Origin: Candidatus Limnocylindrales bacterium
Lineage (GTDB): Bacteria > Chloroflexota > Limnocylindria > Limnocylindrales > CSP1-4
Reading direction: 5' to 3'
Assembly: GCA_036003325.1 (NCBI GenBank)
Contig: DASYSM010000036.1
Location: forward strand, 1,941-65,940
Length of the DNA: 64,000 nucleotides
The translations under genes and the position numbers were made by a program. This document shows, one piece after another, positions 42,788 through 53,680 of this stretch. The first letter of the stretch is position 1; every line of letters begins with the position of its first letter. The notes below the pieces were generated by a model, which searched no databases, had not been told where the DNA came from, and saw only the letters and a program-made list of their open reading frames with translations.

Positions 42788-43791
42788 CAGGCGTACCGGA
42801 TCCGTGGATTGAGCACGGCGTACAGGATGTCCACGAGCAGGTTCACCACGAGGAAGATGATGGCGAAGATCAGGATCGAATTCTGGATCACGAAGTAGTC
42901 CCGGTTGAAGATCGCGTCGACGACGTACAGACCCACGCCGCCCCAGGCGAAGACGGTCTCGGTGATGACGGCGCCGGCCAGGAGGCCGCCGACCTGGAGC
43001 CCGAGCACCGTGACGACCGGCAGCCAGGCGTTGCGCATGATATGGCGTGAGCTGATCCGGCGTTCTGCCAGACCCTTGGCCCGGGCCGTCCGGACGTAGT
43101 CCTCGTTGTTCACGTCGAGGACCGATGCGCGGGTGATCCGGGTGATGATGGCCAGCGGGATCGACCCGAGCGCGATGGCCGGCAGGATGAGATGGCTGAG
43201 CCCGTTGAGGAACAGGTCCGGGCGTCCCATCAGCAGGCTGTCGATCAGGATGAAGTTCGTCTTGATCTCGAGACCCGCCCGCGGATCGATCCGGCCGGTG
43301 GCGGGGAGCCAGTTGAGCTTCACGGCGAAGATGTACTGGAGCGTCAGGCCCAGCACGAAGACCGGGATGCTGATGCCGAGCAGGGAGACGACGGTGACCG
43401 CTCCGTCCGACCAGCCCTGGGCGTGTCGCGCCGCGTAACGGCCGAGGGGGATGCCGATGCCGGCCGCGAAGATCATCGCCGCCACGGTCAGCTCGATGGT
43501 CGCCGGGAAGCGGACGAGGAACTCCTGGAGGACCGGCTGGCTGTTGATGATGCTTGCGCCGAGATCACCGTGGAGCACGTTGTTGAGGTAGTTCAGGTAC
43601 TGCTGCCAGAGCGGCTTGTCCAGGCCGAGGTACTCCCGCATCGCCTCGACCCGGTCGGGCGTCGCGTGCTGGCCGAGGATGGCCGTCGCCGGGTCGCCCG
43701 GCAACAGGTGGACGAATGCGAACAGCAGGATGGACAGCCCGAACAGGACGGGGATGACCCCGAGCAGCCGGCGGACGATGAACCGGAGCAT
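42787..43791 (-). CDS. ABC transporter permease (OppB/DppB-like), operon 1
   Basis: 334 aa, beginning MLRFIVRRLLGVIPVLFGLSILLF, a typical OppB N-terminus. Confidence 0.9.
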   Translation of the reverse strand: MLRFIVRRLLGVIPVLFGLSILLFAFVHLLPGDPATAILGQHATPDRVEAMREYLGLDKPLWQQYLNYLNNVLHGDLGASIINSQPVLQEFLVRFPATIELTVAAMIFAAGIGIPLGRYAARHAQGWSDGAVTVVSLLGISIPVFVLGLTLQYIFAVKLNWLPATGRIDPRAGLEIKTNFILIDSLLMGRPDLFLNGLSHLILPAIALGSIPLAIITRITRASVLDVNNEDYVRTARAKGLAERRISSRHIMRNAWLPVVTVLGLQVGGLLAGAVITETVFAWGGVGLYVVDAIFNRDYFVIQNSILIFAIIFLVVNLLVDILYAVLNPRIRYA

Positions 43792-43824
43792 CTGGCTGGT
43801 CCTGCCTCAGCGCGGTCGATGGCG

Positions 43825-43859
43825 CGGATCCCCCGGGGCGATTGCCGCCGGGGGATCCG
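43825..43859 (-). other. Intercistronic 12-bp GC stem-loop between the SBP gene and the first permease gene (operon 1)
   Basis: CGGATCCCCCGG, an 11-nt loop, then CCGGGGGATCCG. No U-tract follows on the minus strand. Confidence 0.5.
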
Positions 43860-43902
43860 GATGTTGACGCCTGAAGGGCGCCGATGGCGCCGAGTCAGCC
43901 GG

Positions 43903-45630
43903 CTACTTGTCGAGCCACACGTCGGTGAACAGCTCGAGCAGGGTCGGTCCCGGCACGAAGCCCTTCACGTAGGTCTGGCCAGCCGCGGGGGTCTTGCCCG
44001 AGACGATCGGCACCGACGGCATGTCGGCGACGATCTGGTCCTGGGCGGCTTCCCACTTGCTCTGCTGGGTGGCCTGGTCGGACGCCGCGAGGGCGTCGTT
44101 CATGTCCTGGTTCATCGCGTCGTTCTTGTACGCGTACTCCGGGTTCGGCGCACCGCTGTGGTAGCCGAAGAAGGCCGTGACAAGGAAGTTGTCGATGCCC
44201 AGCCAGTCGCAGTTCCAGCCGATGAGCCAGGCCGGGTAGTTGCCCTTGGACTCGGCCGCGAGGTAGTCCGGGTTCCACGGCGCTGTCATCGGGTTCGGCT
44301 TGAAGCCGACGGCCTCGAGGTCGGACTGGATGGCCTGGAACTCGCCCTTCGGATCGGGCATGTACGGCCGGCTCACGCCGGACGGATACCACATGTCGAA
44401 GGACAGGTCGGTCACGCCGCTGTCCGCGATGAGCTGCTTGGCCATGTCCGGGTTGTAGTCGGGGACCGGCAGGTCCTTGGAGAAGATGGTGCCCGGCGGG
44501 GTCCAGTTCTTGAGGACGACACCGGTCGTGCCGAAGTAGGCGTCGACGATCGCCTGCCGGTTGATCGCATAGGCGACCGCCTGGCGGATCTTGAGATTGT
44601 CGAACGGCTTGTGGGTCTGGTTCATGCCGAGGACGCCCACGTTGCAGGCGCTGCCGCGGTCGTAGAACTGGAGCTTGCTGTCACCCTGGACCGTCGGGAC
44701 GTCGACCGGCGCCAGGGTCTGCGCGACGTCGATGTCGCCGGACTGCAGCGCGTTGAGCGTGGCGGTCGTGTCGGTGATCGGCTTGAAGGTGATCGCGTCG
44801 AGGTACGGGCCGCCGGCGGAGGCGTTCCAGTACGACGGGTTCTTGGTCAGGGTGACGTGGTCGCCCTTGGTCCATTCCTTGAACACGAACGGACCGGTGC
44901 CGACCATGGCCGGCGGCCCGCCCTGGGCGTACTTGTTGTTCTTGAAGTCGGGTGCGCTCGCGTCACCGTCCTGGAGCGCCTTCGGGCTCGCGATCGCGAA
45001 CGGGGTCAGGGTCTGGGTGACCAGGAAGCCCGAGTTCGGGGTCTTCAGGGTGATCACGAACGTGTTCGGGTCGGGGGCGGCCGTCGAGGCGATCGCGCTC
45101 TTGTCGCCGTGCCCGAGGACGGTATCGATGTAGTAGGTGTAGCCGAGGTCGATGTACGACTGCGGGATGTTGATCCAGCGGTCGAAGTTGAACTTGACGG
45201 CCGCCGCGTTGAAGTCGGTGCCATCCGAGAACTTGATGCCCGGGTGCAGCTTGAACGTGTAGGTCAGGCCGTCCGAGCTGATCGTCCAGCTGTCGGCCAG
45301 GTCGCCGATGATGTCGCTGCCGGAGCCCGGCTTGAGCGTCACCAGCGTCTCCATGACGTTCTGCATCACGTACGTCGAGCTGGCGTCATCGACCAGCGCC
45401 GAGTCCGTCCACTTGATGTCGCTGGGGATGGCCACGACGGCTGTTCCGCCCTGCTTGGGCGTTTCGCCGGTCGACGCGGACGGCGCGACCGACGGCGCGG
45501 ACGACGCGCCGGTCGAGGGAGCCGCGGTCGCGGGCGCGGCCGTCGGCGCGGTACTGGTCGCCGCTCCACCGCAGGCCGCGAACACGATCGCGGTCACGGC
45601 GAACAGCGCACCGATACGGACTTGTTTCAT
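43903..45630 (-). CDS. Family-5 peptide/nickel solute-binding lipoprotein (canonical order), operon 1
   Basis: The 733-aa track ORF was trimmed to the ATG at 45630, preceded by GGAGGAGGAGGA. The signal peptide and lipobox read MKQVRIGALFAVTAIVFAAC. Confidence 0.9.
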   Translation of the reverse strand: MKQVRIGALFAVTAIVFAACGGAATSTAPTAAPATAAPSTGASSAPSVAPSASTGETPKQGGTAVVAIPSDIKWTDSALVDDASSTYVMQNVMETLVTLKPGSGSDIIGDLADSWTISSDGLTYTFKLHPGIKFSDGTDFNAAAVKFNFDRWINIPQSYIDLGYTYYIDTVLGHGDKSAIASTAAPDPNTFVITLKTPNSGFLVTQTLTPFAIASPKALQDGDASAPDFKNNKYAQGGPPAMVGTGPFVFKEWTKGDHVTLTKNPSYWNASAGGPYLDAITFKPITDTTATLNALQSGDIDVAQTLAPVDVPTVQGDSKLQFYDRGSACNVGVLGMNQTHKPFDNLKIRQAVAYAINRQAIVDAYFGTTGVVLKNWTPPGTIFSKDLPVPDYNPDMAKQLIADSGVTDLSFDMWYPSGVSRPYMPDPKGEFQAIQSDLEAVGFKPNPMTAPWNPDYLAAESKGNYPAWLIGWNCDWLGIDNFLVTAFFGYHSGAPNPEYAYKNDAMNQDMNDALAASDQATQQSKWEAAQDQIVADMPSVPIVSGKTPAAGQTYVKGFVPGPTLLELFTDVWLDK

Positions 45631-45764
45631 GCTTCCTCCTCCTCCATGTGGATCGCCTGTCACCTGCGCCGATGAGACCCGTCGGCGACGAGCGATCCGG
45701 ACGCGGCACAGGATAGCGTGGGCCCCCGGCCGGCGCATCCGGCCAGAGGGACGACGGACGGTAG

Positions 45765-47066
45765 CTAGTCCTTCCTCCATGCGTCGGCGGCGTCCGCCTT
45801 GCTGACCCCGACGTTGGGGTCCTCGGCCGCGAGGCCCTCGGTCGTCTCCACCTCGGTCCCCTCCCGGGACATGTCGGCGAAGGCGGGTGCCGAGAAGGCG
45901 GCGATCTGTTCCTCGGTCGGCCCTTCCGCGACGCCCGCCTTGAGCGAGGCGATGGCCGACGCCGGCGTGCCGCGACGGACGAGCGCGTCCCCGATGTGGG
46001 CGATGCCGACGTCGGTCTTGAGCGCTTCCGCGGCGAAATGGCAGGCGGCGGCGTGGTCGGCCCGCTCGGCGACGCTGGTGAGCGGCGGATCGATCGTCCG
46101 GCACTCCTCCGGCTGGCCGAGCCGCTCGTACAGCCAGCAGCGCGTGTGGAAGCGGCAGCCGGGCGGCGGGTTGATCGGGCTCGGGACGTCGCCCTTGAGG
46201 ATCACCCGGCGGCGCTTGCGCTCGGCCACCGGGTCGGGGACGGGCACGGCCGACAGCAGGGCACGGGTATACGGATGGCCGGGCGCCGAGTACAGCTGGT
46301 CGGGCGGACCGATCTCGACGATCTTGCCGAGGTACATCACCGCCACCCGGTCGCTGATGTGCTTGACCACCGACAGGTCGTGGGCGACGAACAGGTAGGT
46401 CAGCCCGAGACGGCGCTTGAGGTCGGTCAGCAGGTTGAGGACCTGGGCCTGGATGGACACATCGAGCGCGGAGATCGGCTCGTCGCAGACGATGAACTCG
46501 GGCTCGACGGCAAGCGCCCGGGCCACGCCGATGCGCTGTCGCTGTCCGCCGGAGAACTCGTGGGGATAGCGCTTGACGTACTGCGGGTCGAGTCCGACCA
46601 GGCGGAGCAGGTCCGCGATGCGCTCCCGCTTGGCCTCGCCCTCGGCGAGGTCGTGGGTCTCGATGGGCTCAGCGATGATCGAGCCGACCGTCATCCGCGG
46701 GTCGAGCGAGCCATACGGATCCTGGAAGATGATCTGCATCCGGCGGCGGGTGCGGCGCAGGTCGGCGCCGGACAGCGTGCCGAGGTCCACGCCGTCGAAG
46801 CGGACGGTCCCGCTCGTCGCGTCCCGCAGCCGGATCATCGCCCGGCCGATGGTGCTCTTGCCGCAGCCCGACTCGCCGACGAGGCCGAGCGTCTCGCCCC
46901 GGCGGACCTCGAAGGTCACGCCGTCGACCGCCTTGACCGTCGCCTTGGTCGTCTGGAAGATGCCACCCCGGATCGGGAAGTGGACCTTGACGTCGTCGAC
47001 CTCGACGAGATTGGCTGGATCGTGCGGGCGGACAGCGGGAGCGGCCGGCGGCGCGGTCGCCGTCAC
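45765..47066 (-). CDS. Oligopeptide/dipeptide ABC transporter ATP-binding protein (OppF/DppF-like), operon 2
   Basis: Trimmed to the GTG at 47066, which overlaps the upstream ATPase stop as GTGA. It has GESGCGKST and FSGGQRQR, four Cys, and a ~100-aa C-terminal extension. Confidence 0.9.
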   Translation of the reverse strand: MTATAPPAAPAVRPHDPANLVEVDDVKVHFPIRGGIFQTTKATVKAVDGVTFEVRRGETLGLVGESGCGKSTIGRAMIRLRDATSGTVRFDGVDLGTLSGADLRRTRRRMQIIFQDPYGSLDPRMTVGSIIAEPIETHDLAEGEAKRERIADLLRLVGLDPQYVKRYPHEFSGGQRQRIGVARALAVEPEFIVCDEPISALDVSIQAQVLNLLTDLKRRLGLTYLFVAHDLSVVKHISDRVAVMYLGKIVEIGPPDQLYSAPGHPYTRALLSAVPVPDPVAERKRRRVILKGDVPSPINPPPGCRFHTRCWLYERLGQPEECRTIDPPLTSVAERADHAAACHFAAEALKTDVGIAHIGDALVRRGTPASAIASLKAGVAEGPTEEQIAAFSAPAFADMSREGTEVETTEGLAAEDPNVGVSKADAADAWRKD

Positions 47067-48172
47067 GCGATCCAGCCTTCCGGTTCGGTCGCCCAGCAAC
47101 GGGCCATGTGGTCGGTGCCGCCGCGGCGGGTCAGCTCCGGCTCCTTCTCGCGGCAGACGTCCCGGGCGTAGCGGCAACGCGGGTTGAACCGGCACGCGTC
47201 GGCCGGCCTGATCAACACCGGCGGCAGACCTTCGATGGTCCGCAGGCGATCGCCGCGGACATCGTCGATCCGGGGCAGCGAATCGAGCAGGCCCCAGGAG
47301 TACGGCATCCGGGGCTCCTCGAACAGCTCGTCGACCGTGCCGGTCTCGACGATCCGGCCGGCGTACATCACGTTGACCCGGTCGCACATCCCGGCGGCGA
47401 TGCCGAGGTCGTGGGTGATCATCAGGACGGCCGTCCCGAATTCGCTCGACAGGGTCTGGATCAGCTCCAGGATCTGGGCCTGGATGGTGACGTCGAGGGC
47501 GGTCGTCGGTTCGTCGGCGAGGATCAGCTTCGGGTCGCACGACAGAGCGATGGCGATCATCACGCGCTGGCGCATCCCGCCCGAGAACTGGAAGGGGTAG
47601 TCCTTGAGCCGTTCCTTCGCTCGCGGGATGCCGACCTTCGAGAGCAGCTCGATGGTCCGCTCCTCGGTCGCCTTCTCCGACAGGCCCATGTGCTGACGGA
47701 TGGCCTCGCCGATCTGGTAGCCGATGGTCAGCGTCGGGTTCAGGCTGGTGAGCGGGTCCTGGAAGATGAACCCGATCTCCTTGCCGCGCAGCTTGCGCAT
47801 GTCGTCGGGGCTCAGCTTGAGGACGTCGATGCCGTCGAACAGGATCGAGCCCTTGACGATCTTGCCCGGCGGGTCCGGCACGAGTCGGGCGATCGACAGG
47901 GCGGTGACGCTCTTGCCGCAGCCCGATTCGCCGACCAGACCGAGTGTCTCGCCATAGCCGACGTCGAAGCTGACGTCGTCGACCGCCTGGACGACCCCGT
48001 CGGGCGTGAAGAAGTGGGTCGACAGCCCGCGCACTTCGAGCAGGTGCTCGGCCTTGCGTCCGATCCCGGCCTTGGCGACGGCCTCCGTGCGAGCACGGAG
48101 AACGTCGTCAGCGGACAGTTCGACGATGGTCGGTGCGTCGGCGGCGGACATGTCCTCCTCGGCGCTGACCAC
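47063..48172 (-). CDS. Oligopeptide/dipeptide ABC transporter ATP-binding protein (OppD/DppD-like), operon 2
   Basis: 369 aa with [16 protein letters not shown] and a C-terminal 4-Cys motif. Start is GTG at 48172. The alternative is ATG at 48151, just after GAGGAGGA. Confidence 0.88.
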   Translation of the reverse strand: MVSAEEDMSAADAPTIVELSADDVLRARTEAVAKAGIGRKAEHLLEVRGLSTHFFTPDGVVQAVDDVSFDVGYGETLGLVGESGCGKSVTALSIARLVPDPPGKIVKGSILFDGIDVLKLSPDDMRKLRGKEIGFIFQDPLTSLNPTLTIGYQIGEAIRQHMGLSEKATEERTIELLSKVGIPRAKERLKDYPFQFSGGMRQRVMIAIALSCDPKLILADEPTTALDVTIQAQILELIQTLSSEFGTAVLMITHDLGIAAGMCDRVNVMYAGRIVETGTVDELFEEPRMPYSWGLLDSLPRIDDVRGDRLRTIEGLPPVLIRPADACRFNPRCRYARDVCREKEPELTRRGGTDHMARCWATEPEGWIA

Positions 48173-49111
48173 CTATTGCTTCCCCTTCAGCTTCGGATCG
48201 AGGGCGTCACGGAGACCATCACCCACGAACGTGAAGCTGATCAGCGCGACCGCGATGCAGACCGCCGGGAAGAAGGTCAGCCACGGGCTCGAGCGGATGA
48301 CCGCCTGGCCGTCGTTGATGAGGCTGCCCCACGAGGCACGTGGTGCCTGGACGCCGATGCCGATGTAGGCCAGCGTCGCCTCGGCGAGGATGGCCGCCGG
48401 GATGCCCAGGGTGATCGCGACGATGATCGGACCGATCCCGTTCGGCAGCAGGTGCTTGGTGACGATCTTGCGGTCGGACACGCCGATCGCCTTGGCCGCC
48501 TCGACGAACTCGGTCTCCTTGAGCGCCAGCATCTGGCCACGGACCAGCCGCCCGACGGTCACCCAGGTGGTCAGCCCGATGGCCACGAACACCAGCAGCA
48601 GGCCGTCCATCGCCTGCCCGAACGGGGTCTGCTTGAACACGACCGTCAGCAGGATGATGAACAGCAGGTCCGGGAAGGCGTACATCACGTCGGTGAAGCG
48701 CATCAGGACGTTGTCGGTGCGGCCGCCGAACCAGCCGGCCATCGCGCCGATCGGCACGCCGATGCAGATGACCACGATCTGGACCACGATCGCCACGGAC
48801 ATGCTGATCCGGGCGCCGTCCATGAGGCGGCTGAGCAGGTCACGCCCGATCTGGTCGGTCCCGAGGATGTGCCCGCCGGTCAGCGGCGGCAGCGGCTGGC
48901 CCTTGTTGGCGACGACCGCGGTGAGGTCCTGGTCCTGGTAGTTGTAGGGGGCCAGGATCGAGCCGAAGACCGCGATGAACGTGACGAAGCCGACCATGAT
49001 CAGGCCCAGCATCGCCAGCTTGTTCTTGCGCAGCCGCGAGAAGGCGTCACGCCACAGGCTCGCCGACGGCTGGGGCTTTGCGACGCCGCCTCGGAGGGTA
49101 TCGGTGGCCAT
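48173..49111 (-). CDS. ABC transporter permease (OppC/DppC-like), operon 2
   Basis: 312 aa, polytopic, paralogous to 41894..42787. Confidence 0.9.
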   Translation of the reverse strand: MATDTLRGGVAKPQPSASLWRDAFSRLRKNKLAMLGLIMVGFVTFIAVFGSILAPYNYQDQDLTAVVANKGQPLPPLTGGHILGTDQIGRDLLSRLMDGARISMSVAIVVQIVVICIGVPIGAMAGWFGGRTDNVLMRFTDVMYAFPDLLFIILLTVVFKQTPFGQAMDGLLLVFVAIGLTTWVTVGRLVRGQMLALKETEFVEAAKAIGVSDRKIVTKHLLPNGIGPIIVAITLGIPAAILAEATLAYIGIGVQAPRASWGSLINDGQAVIRSSPWLTFFPAVCIAVALISFTFVGDGLRDALDPKLKGKQ

Positions 49112-49122
49112 CGATCGGACTC

Positions 49123-50040
49123 CTAGCTGTAGCGGATGCGCGGATCGATGAAGGCGTACAGCACATCGACCACGAGGTTGAGGAACGCGACGACGAACGC
49201 ATACAGGATCGTCATCGCCATCAGCACCCCGTAGTCATGCTGGCCGATGGACGTGATGTAGTAGCGCCCGATGCCCGGGATCCCGAAGATCGACTCGATG
49301 ATGAACGAGCCGGTCACCAGGAAGGCCAGGGTCGGGCCGAGGATCGTGATCACCGGGATGAGGGCGTTGCGGATCATGTGCCGGGTCACCACCGCGCGGT
49401 CGGCCACGCCCTTGCTCTGGGCAGTCCGGATGTAGTCCTTGCGGGTGACCTCGAGCATCGACGCACGCGTGTAGCGGGTGATGATCGCGATGGGGAAGCT
49501 GGCCAGGGCGATCGTCGGCAGGATCCAGGTGTCAGGACCCTTCCAGCCGCCGGTGGGTAACAGCTTCAATGTGACCCCGAATAACAGGATCATGAGGATG
49601 GCGAGGACGAAGCTGGGCGTGGCGATGCCGAGGACGGAGATGCCCGTCGCGGCATAGTCGGGCCATCTGTTGTGACCGAGCGCGGCGATCACCCCCAACG
49701 GGATGCCGACCGCGACCGACAGGAAGAAGGCCATCAGTCCGAGCTGGACGGTGGTCCAGATCCCACCGCTGACGATGTCGTTGACGCTCCGGTCCTGGAA
49801 CTTGTAGGACGGTCCCAGGTTGCCCTGCAGGAGGTTCGTCACCCAGGTGACGTACTGCACGGGAACCGGCTGATCGAGCCCGTACTTCTCGTTGAGGCGG
49901 GCGATCATCGACGCCGGGACGGCCTTCTCGCGGGCCCACGGTCCGCCCGGCACGGCGTGCATGAGCGAGAAGGTGATCAGAGAGACCACGAAGAGCACCG
50001 GGATGATCCACAAGAACCGACGCGCGATGTACCTGATCAT
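49123..50040 (-). CDS. ABC transporter permease (OppB/DppB-like), operon 2
   Basis: 305 aa, beginning MIRYIARRFLWIIPVLFVVSLITF. Confidence 0.9.
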   Translation of the reverse strand: MIRYIARRFLWIIPVLFVVSLITFSLMHAVPGGPWAREKAVPASMIARLNEKYGLDQPVPVQYVTWVTNLLQGNLGPSYKFQDRSVNDIVSGGIWTTVQLGLMAFFLSVAVGIPLGVIAALGHNRWPDYAATGISVLGIATPSFVLAILMILLFGVTLKLLPTGGWKGPDTWILPTIALASFPIAIITRYTRASMLEVTRKDYIRTAQSKGVADRAVVTRHMIRNALIPVITILGPTLAFLVTGSFIIESIFGIPGIGRYYITSIGQHDYGVLMAMTILYAFVVAFLNLVVDVLYAFIDPRIRYS

Positions 50041-50131
50041 CCGATTCCTCTTGTGTCAGTCCCTAGCGGTACATGTGACAAGTCCCGGGTCCGCGAGAGC
50101 GATCGTACGCGCCCACGAGCCCGGGGGTCTG

Positions 50132-50159
50132 GCGGGAGCCGGACGAGGCCGGCTCCCGC
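50132..50159 (-). other. Intercistronic 11-bp GC stem-loop between the SBP gene and the first permease gene (operon 2)
   Basis: GCGGGAGCCGG-acgagg-CCGGCTCCCGC. It occupies the same position in the operon as the hairpin at 43825..43859. Confidence 0.5.
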
Positions 50160-50180
50160 ATCTGTCGACGACCGAGTCGT

Positions 50181-51920
50181 CTAGTGCTGCGCGATCGAGA
50201 TGTTCTCGTAGAAGTAGTCGCCGATGACGACGGAGTCCTGGGCAGTGCCCTGGACACCCTGGACATACGGCTCGACTTCGTAGTTGCTCACGCGCCACCG
50301 GGTGAAGACCGCGGGGGCGTCCTGGACCAGCAGCTCCTGGGCCTGGTTGTACAGGGCGATCGACTTGTCGAGATCCGGCTCAGCGCCGGCCTTCGCGACG
50401 AGGTCGTCGTACTGCGGGTTCTTGTACTTCGAGTCGTTGTTGCCACTCTGGCTCTGGAACAGCGCGCGGAGCCAGTTGTCCGGGTGCGGATAGTCCGCGC
50501 CCCAGGCGTTCCGGGCGATCGAGAACTTGCCGGCCGGGCGGTCGACCAGGAACTGGTCGAAGGTCTCGCCGACGAGGGTGCTCTGGATGCCCAGGACGGT
50601 GCGCCACTGGTTCTGCATGTAGGCCGACGGAAGCTCGTGGCCGGCGTTGGTGTTGAACCCGAACGACAGCGGCGGAACGTCCGCGGCGGTCTTGTAGCCG
50701 AGCTCGGTCAGCGCCTGGGCCAGCTCGGTCTGCGCGCCGGCGGTGTCGTACTTGAGGCCGATGCCCTCCTGGTGACCGGGCATGCCCGGCGGGATCAGGC
50801 TGTCGGCGACTTCGCCCTGGCCGCCGTAGACGGTGGTCAGCATGGTGTCCTTGTCGATGGCCATCGACAGGGCACGGCGGAGGTGGACGTTGGCGGTCGG
50901 GCCATCAGCGGTGTTGAAGCCCCAGTAGTCGGTCACGAGGACCGGCTGGGTGGTGACCATCGGGCCAAGCGTCGCGTCGGCCTTGATGCGCGGCACGTCG
51001 GGCGGGCTCGCCGCGAGCATGTCGAGCTGGCCGGCCTCGAAGGTCGCCTGGTCAGCGGTCGGATCGCCACCGATCTTGAAGTCGATCTCGGTGAGGGTCG
51101 GCTTCTGGCCGTACCAGTTCGGGTTCGGGACGAGGGTGATGGACGCCTGGTGGGTCCAGTCCTTCATCATGAACGGGCCCGAGCTGACGTAGTTGGCGGC
51201 CTCGGTGAAGTTGGGGGTCTCGACCCACTTCTTCTGGATCGGCCCGGCGCCCCACAGCCCGACGATGTCGAGGAAGTAGCCGGCCGGGTGCGCGAGGGTG
51301 ATGACGAAGGTCTTGTCGTCGGGAGCCGACACGCCGTACTTGTCGAGCGCGGCGTCGATCTCGGCGTCCGTGGCGGCCGGCTTCTTGCCGGTCAGGGCCA
51401 GGATCTCGTCGCCACCCTTGACGTCGGAGTAGAAGGCCTGATAGGTGGACGCGGTGCGCGGATCGATGATCCGCTTCCAGGCGTACACGAGATCACCGGC
51501 GACGATCGGGTCGCCGTTGCTGTACTTCGCGTCGTCGCGGAGGGTGAACGTGTAGGTCAGGCCGTCGGCCGAGATGGTCGGCAGCGCGGTGGCCAGCGAC
51601 GGGACCGGGTTCAGGTCCTTGTCGAAGTAGATCAGGCCCCGGTTGAGGGCGTGGAGGACGCCGATGTCGGTGCTGGTCGAGGCCTTGCTCGGGTCGAGCG
51701 TGTCAGGATCCTCGGCGCCGAGGGACACGTGAAGGACCTGGTCGGCGGCAAGAGCGCCGCCCGAGGCGGCCGCGGACGGCGCGCTCGATGCTCCCGTGGA
51801 CGCCGCCGGCGCAGAACCCGCCGGCTGCGACGCCGCGGGCGCCGACGAGGTGGCGGCACCGCCGCATGCCGCCGAGATGACGGCGATGCTGGCTACGATG
51901 CCAAGTAGACGTTTCTGCAT
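50181..51920 (-). CDS. Family-5 peptide solute-binding lipoprotein (canonical order), operon 2
   Basis: The 638-aa track ORF was trimmed to the ATG at 51920, preceded by GGAGGAG. The signal peptide and lipobox read MQKRLLGIVASIAVISAAC. Confidence 0.9.
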   Translation of the reverse strand: MQKRLLGIVASIAVISAACGGAATSSAPAASQPAGSAPAASTGASSAPSAAASGGALAADQVLHVSLGAEDPDTLDPSKASTSTDIGVLHALNRGLIYFDKDLNPVPSLATALPTISADGLTYTFTLRDDAKYSNGDPIVAGDLVYAWKRIIDPRTASTYQAFYSDVKGGDEILALTGKKPAATDAEIDAALDKYGVSAPDDKTFVITLAHPAGYFLDIVGLWGAGPIQKKWVETPNFTEAANYVSSGPFMMKDWTHQASITLVPNPNWYGQKPTLTEIDFKIGGDPTADQATFEAGQLDMLAASPPDVPRIKADATLGPMVTTQPVLVTDYWGFNTADGPTANVHLRRALSMAIDKDTMLTTVYGGQGEVADSLIPPGMPGHQEGIGLKYDTAGAQTELAQALTELGYKTAADVPPLSFGFNTNAGHELPSAYMQNQWRTVLGIQSTLVGETFDQFLVDRPAGKFSIARNAWGADYPHPDNWLRALFQSQSGNNDSKYKNPQYDDLVAKAGAEPDLDKSIALYNQAQELLVQDAPAVFTRWRVSNYEVEPYVQGVQGTAQDSVVIGDYFYENISIAQH

Positions 51921-52088
51921 GGGTTCTCCTCCGAACGGGTTGCTACCCGAATGACTCCCGCTACCGCGGCCCGCCGCACATCTCAACGCCGATGAACTTG
52001 CTCGCTGGGTCCGGATCGAGCCTCCCGCTCTTTTCGGCCGATGGGCGAGCAGCGGCGCCAGCACGGATCGGGTCGGTGCGCTGCCGGT

Positions 52089-52117
52089 ACTATCCACAGC
52101 ACTTCGCGGACTGTCAA
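52089..52117 (-). promoter_or_regulatory. Candidate sigma70-type promoter of Opp operon 2
   Basis: The minus strand reads TTGACA (52112-52117), a 17-nt spacer, then GATAGT (52089-52094). This would give a leader of about 160 nt. Confidence 0.4.
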
Positions 52118-52158
52118 CTCGCGACCTAACAAACGTTCGGTCGGCTGTCCTGGGGCCG

Positions 52159-53658
52159 TCAGTCAGGGCACGGTGTCTGTGCGCCGGTCATCCCGCGCCA
52201 GCGCAGATTCGGGTGCCGCGCGGCCGCCGCCTCGTCGAGCCGGCGGACCGGGGCGCTGTGTGGGGCGCTCGTGACGAGGTCCGCGGACGACTGCGCCTCG
52301 CCGGCGATCGCGATCAACGCATCGGCGAAGGCGTCGAGCGTCTCGACCGACTCGGTCTCGGTCGGCTCGATGAGCATCCCCTCCTCGACGATCAGCGGGA
52401 AGTAGATGGTCGGCGGATGGTAGCCGTAATCGATCAGCCGCTTGGCGATGTCAAGGGTCCGGACGCCGGTGTCCTTCTTGATGGTCGCGGCCGAGGCGAC
52501 GAACTCGTGCTTGCAGGCACGGTCGTAGGGGATGTCGTAGGTCCCTGCCAGCCGGTGCTTGAGGTAATTGGCGGCGAGGACCGCGTCGTCGCTGACCTCG
52601 CGCAGCCCGGGGCCGCCGTGCGCCCGGATATAAGCGTACGCGCGCACGAGGACGCCGGTGTTGCCGACGAAGCTGCGCAGCCTGCCGATCGACGTCGGCC
52701 GTTCCGCGGGCCGCTCGAGGCGGAACGTCCCATCGTCATCGCGCAGCACGCGCGGCGTGGGCAGGTACGGCAGCAGGGTCTCCCCCACCCCGACCGGTCC
52801 GGCCCCGGGGCCACCGCCGCCGTGCGGGGTCGAGAACGTCTTGTGGACGTTGAAATGCATGACGTCGAAGCCGGCCTCGCCCGGCTTGAACCGTCCGAGG
52901 ATGGCGTTCAGGTTGGCGCCGTCCATGTAGGCCAGCGCGCCGGCCGCATGGACCGCGTCGAGCAGATCGCCGATGCGCGCCTCGAACAGGCCCAGGGTCG
53001 ACGGGTTGGTGATCATCACCGCGGCCGTCCGCGGCCCGAGGGCGGCGCGGAAGGCGTCGAGGTCCACGCCCCCATCCGCCGCCGACGGGACCGTGATCGT
53101 CTGGTAGCCGGCCATCGATGCAGTGGCGGGGTTCGTGCCATGGCTCGAGTCGGGGACGAGGACCTGGTCGCGCTCGGTGTCACCCCGGGCGCGGTGGTGG
53201 GCGCGGATCATCAGGATCCCGGTCAGCTCGCCCTGGGCGCCCGCCGCCGGCTGGAGCGACACCGCGCGCATGCCCGAGATCTCCGCGAGCGCACGCTCCA
53301 GCTCCCAGAGCAGCTGCAGGGTCCCCTGCGCGACCTCGTCGGGCGCCATCGGGTGGAGACCGGCGAAGCCCGGCAGGCGGGCCGCCCATTCGTTGAGCTT
53401 CGGGTTGAACTTCATCGTGCACGAACCGAGCGGATAGAACCCAGTGTCGACCGCGTAGTTGAGCTGGGACAGGTTGACGTAGTGGCGCACGACGTCGGGC
53501 TCGTTCATCTCTGGCAGCGCCGGGGCCGTCGTCCGCCGCGCGTCGGCCGGGATGCGCTCGAGGGCGTCCTTGGGCGGGTGCGGGATCTTGCCCCCGCCGC
53601 GGCCGGGTCGGCCGCGCTCGAAGATGGTCGGTTGGAGCCGCTCGCCGGTGACGCTCAT
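52159..53658 (-). CDS. gcvPB: Glycine dehydrogenase (decarboxylating) subunit 2
   Basis: 499 aa, with the PLP-lysine context (NVHKTFSTPHGGGGPG). Confidence 0.95.
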   Translation of the reverse strand: MSVTGERLQPTIFERGRPGRGGGKIPHPPKDALERIPADARRTTAPALPEMNEPDVVRHYVNLSQLNYAVDTGFYPLGSCTMKFNPKLNEWAARLPGFAGLHPMAPDEVAQGTLQLLWELERALAEISGMRAVSLQPAAGAQGELTGILMIRAHHRARGDTERDQVLVPDSSHGTNPATASMAGYQTITVPSAADGGVDLDAFRAALGPRTAAVMITNPSTLGLFEARIGDLLDAVHAAGALAYMDGANLNAILGRFKPGEAGFDVMHFNVHKTFSTPHGGGGPGAGPVGVGETLLPYLPTPRVLRDDDGTFRLERPAERPTSIGRLRSFVGNTGVLVRAYAYIRAHGGPGLREVSDDAVLAANYLKHRLAGTYDIPYDRACKHEFVASAATIKKDTGVRTLDIAKRLIDYGYHPPTIYFPLIVEEGMLIEPTETESVETLDAFADALIAIAGEAQSSADLVTSAPHSAPVRRLDEAAAARHPNLRWRGMTGAQTPCPD

Positions 53659-53680
53659 GCGGACGCCGTCCGGGCCCGGC

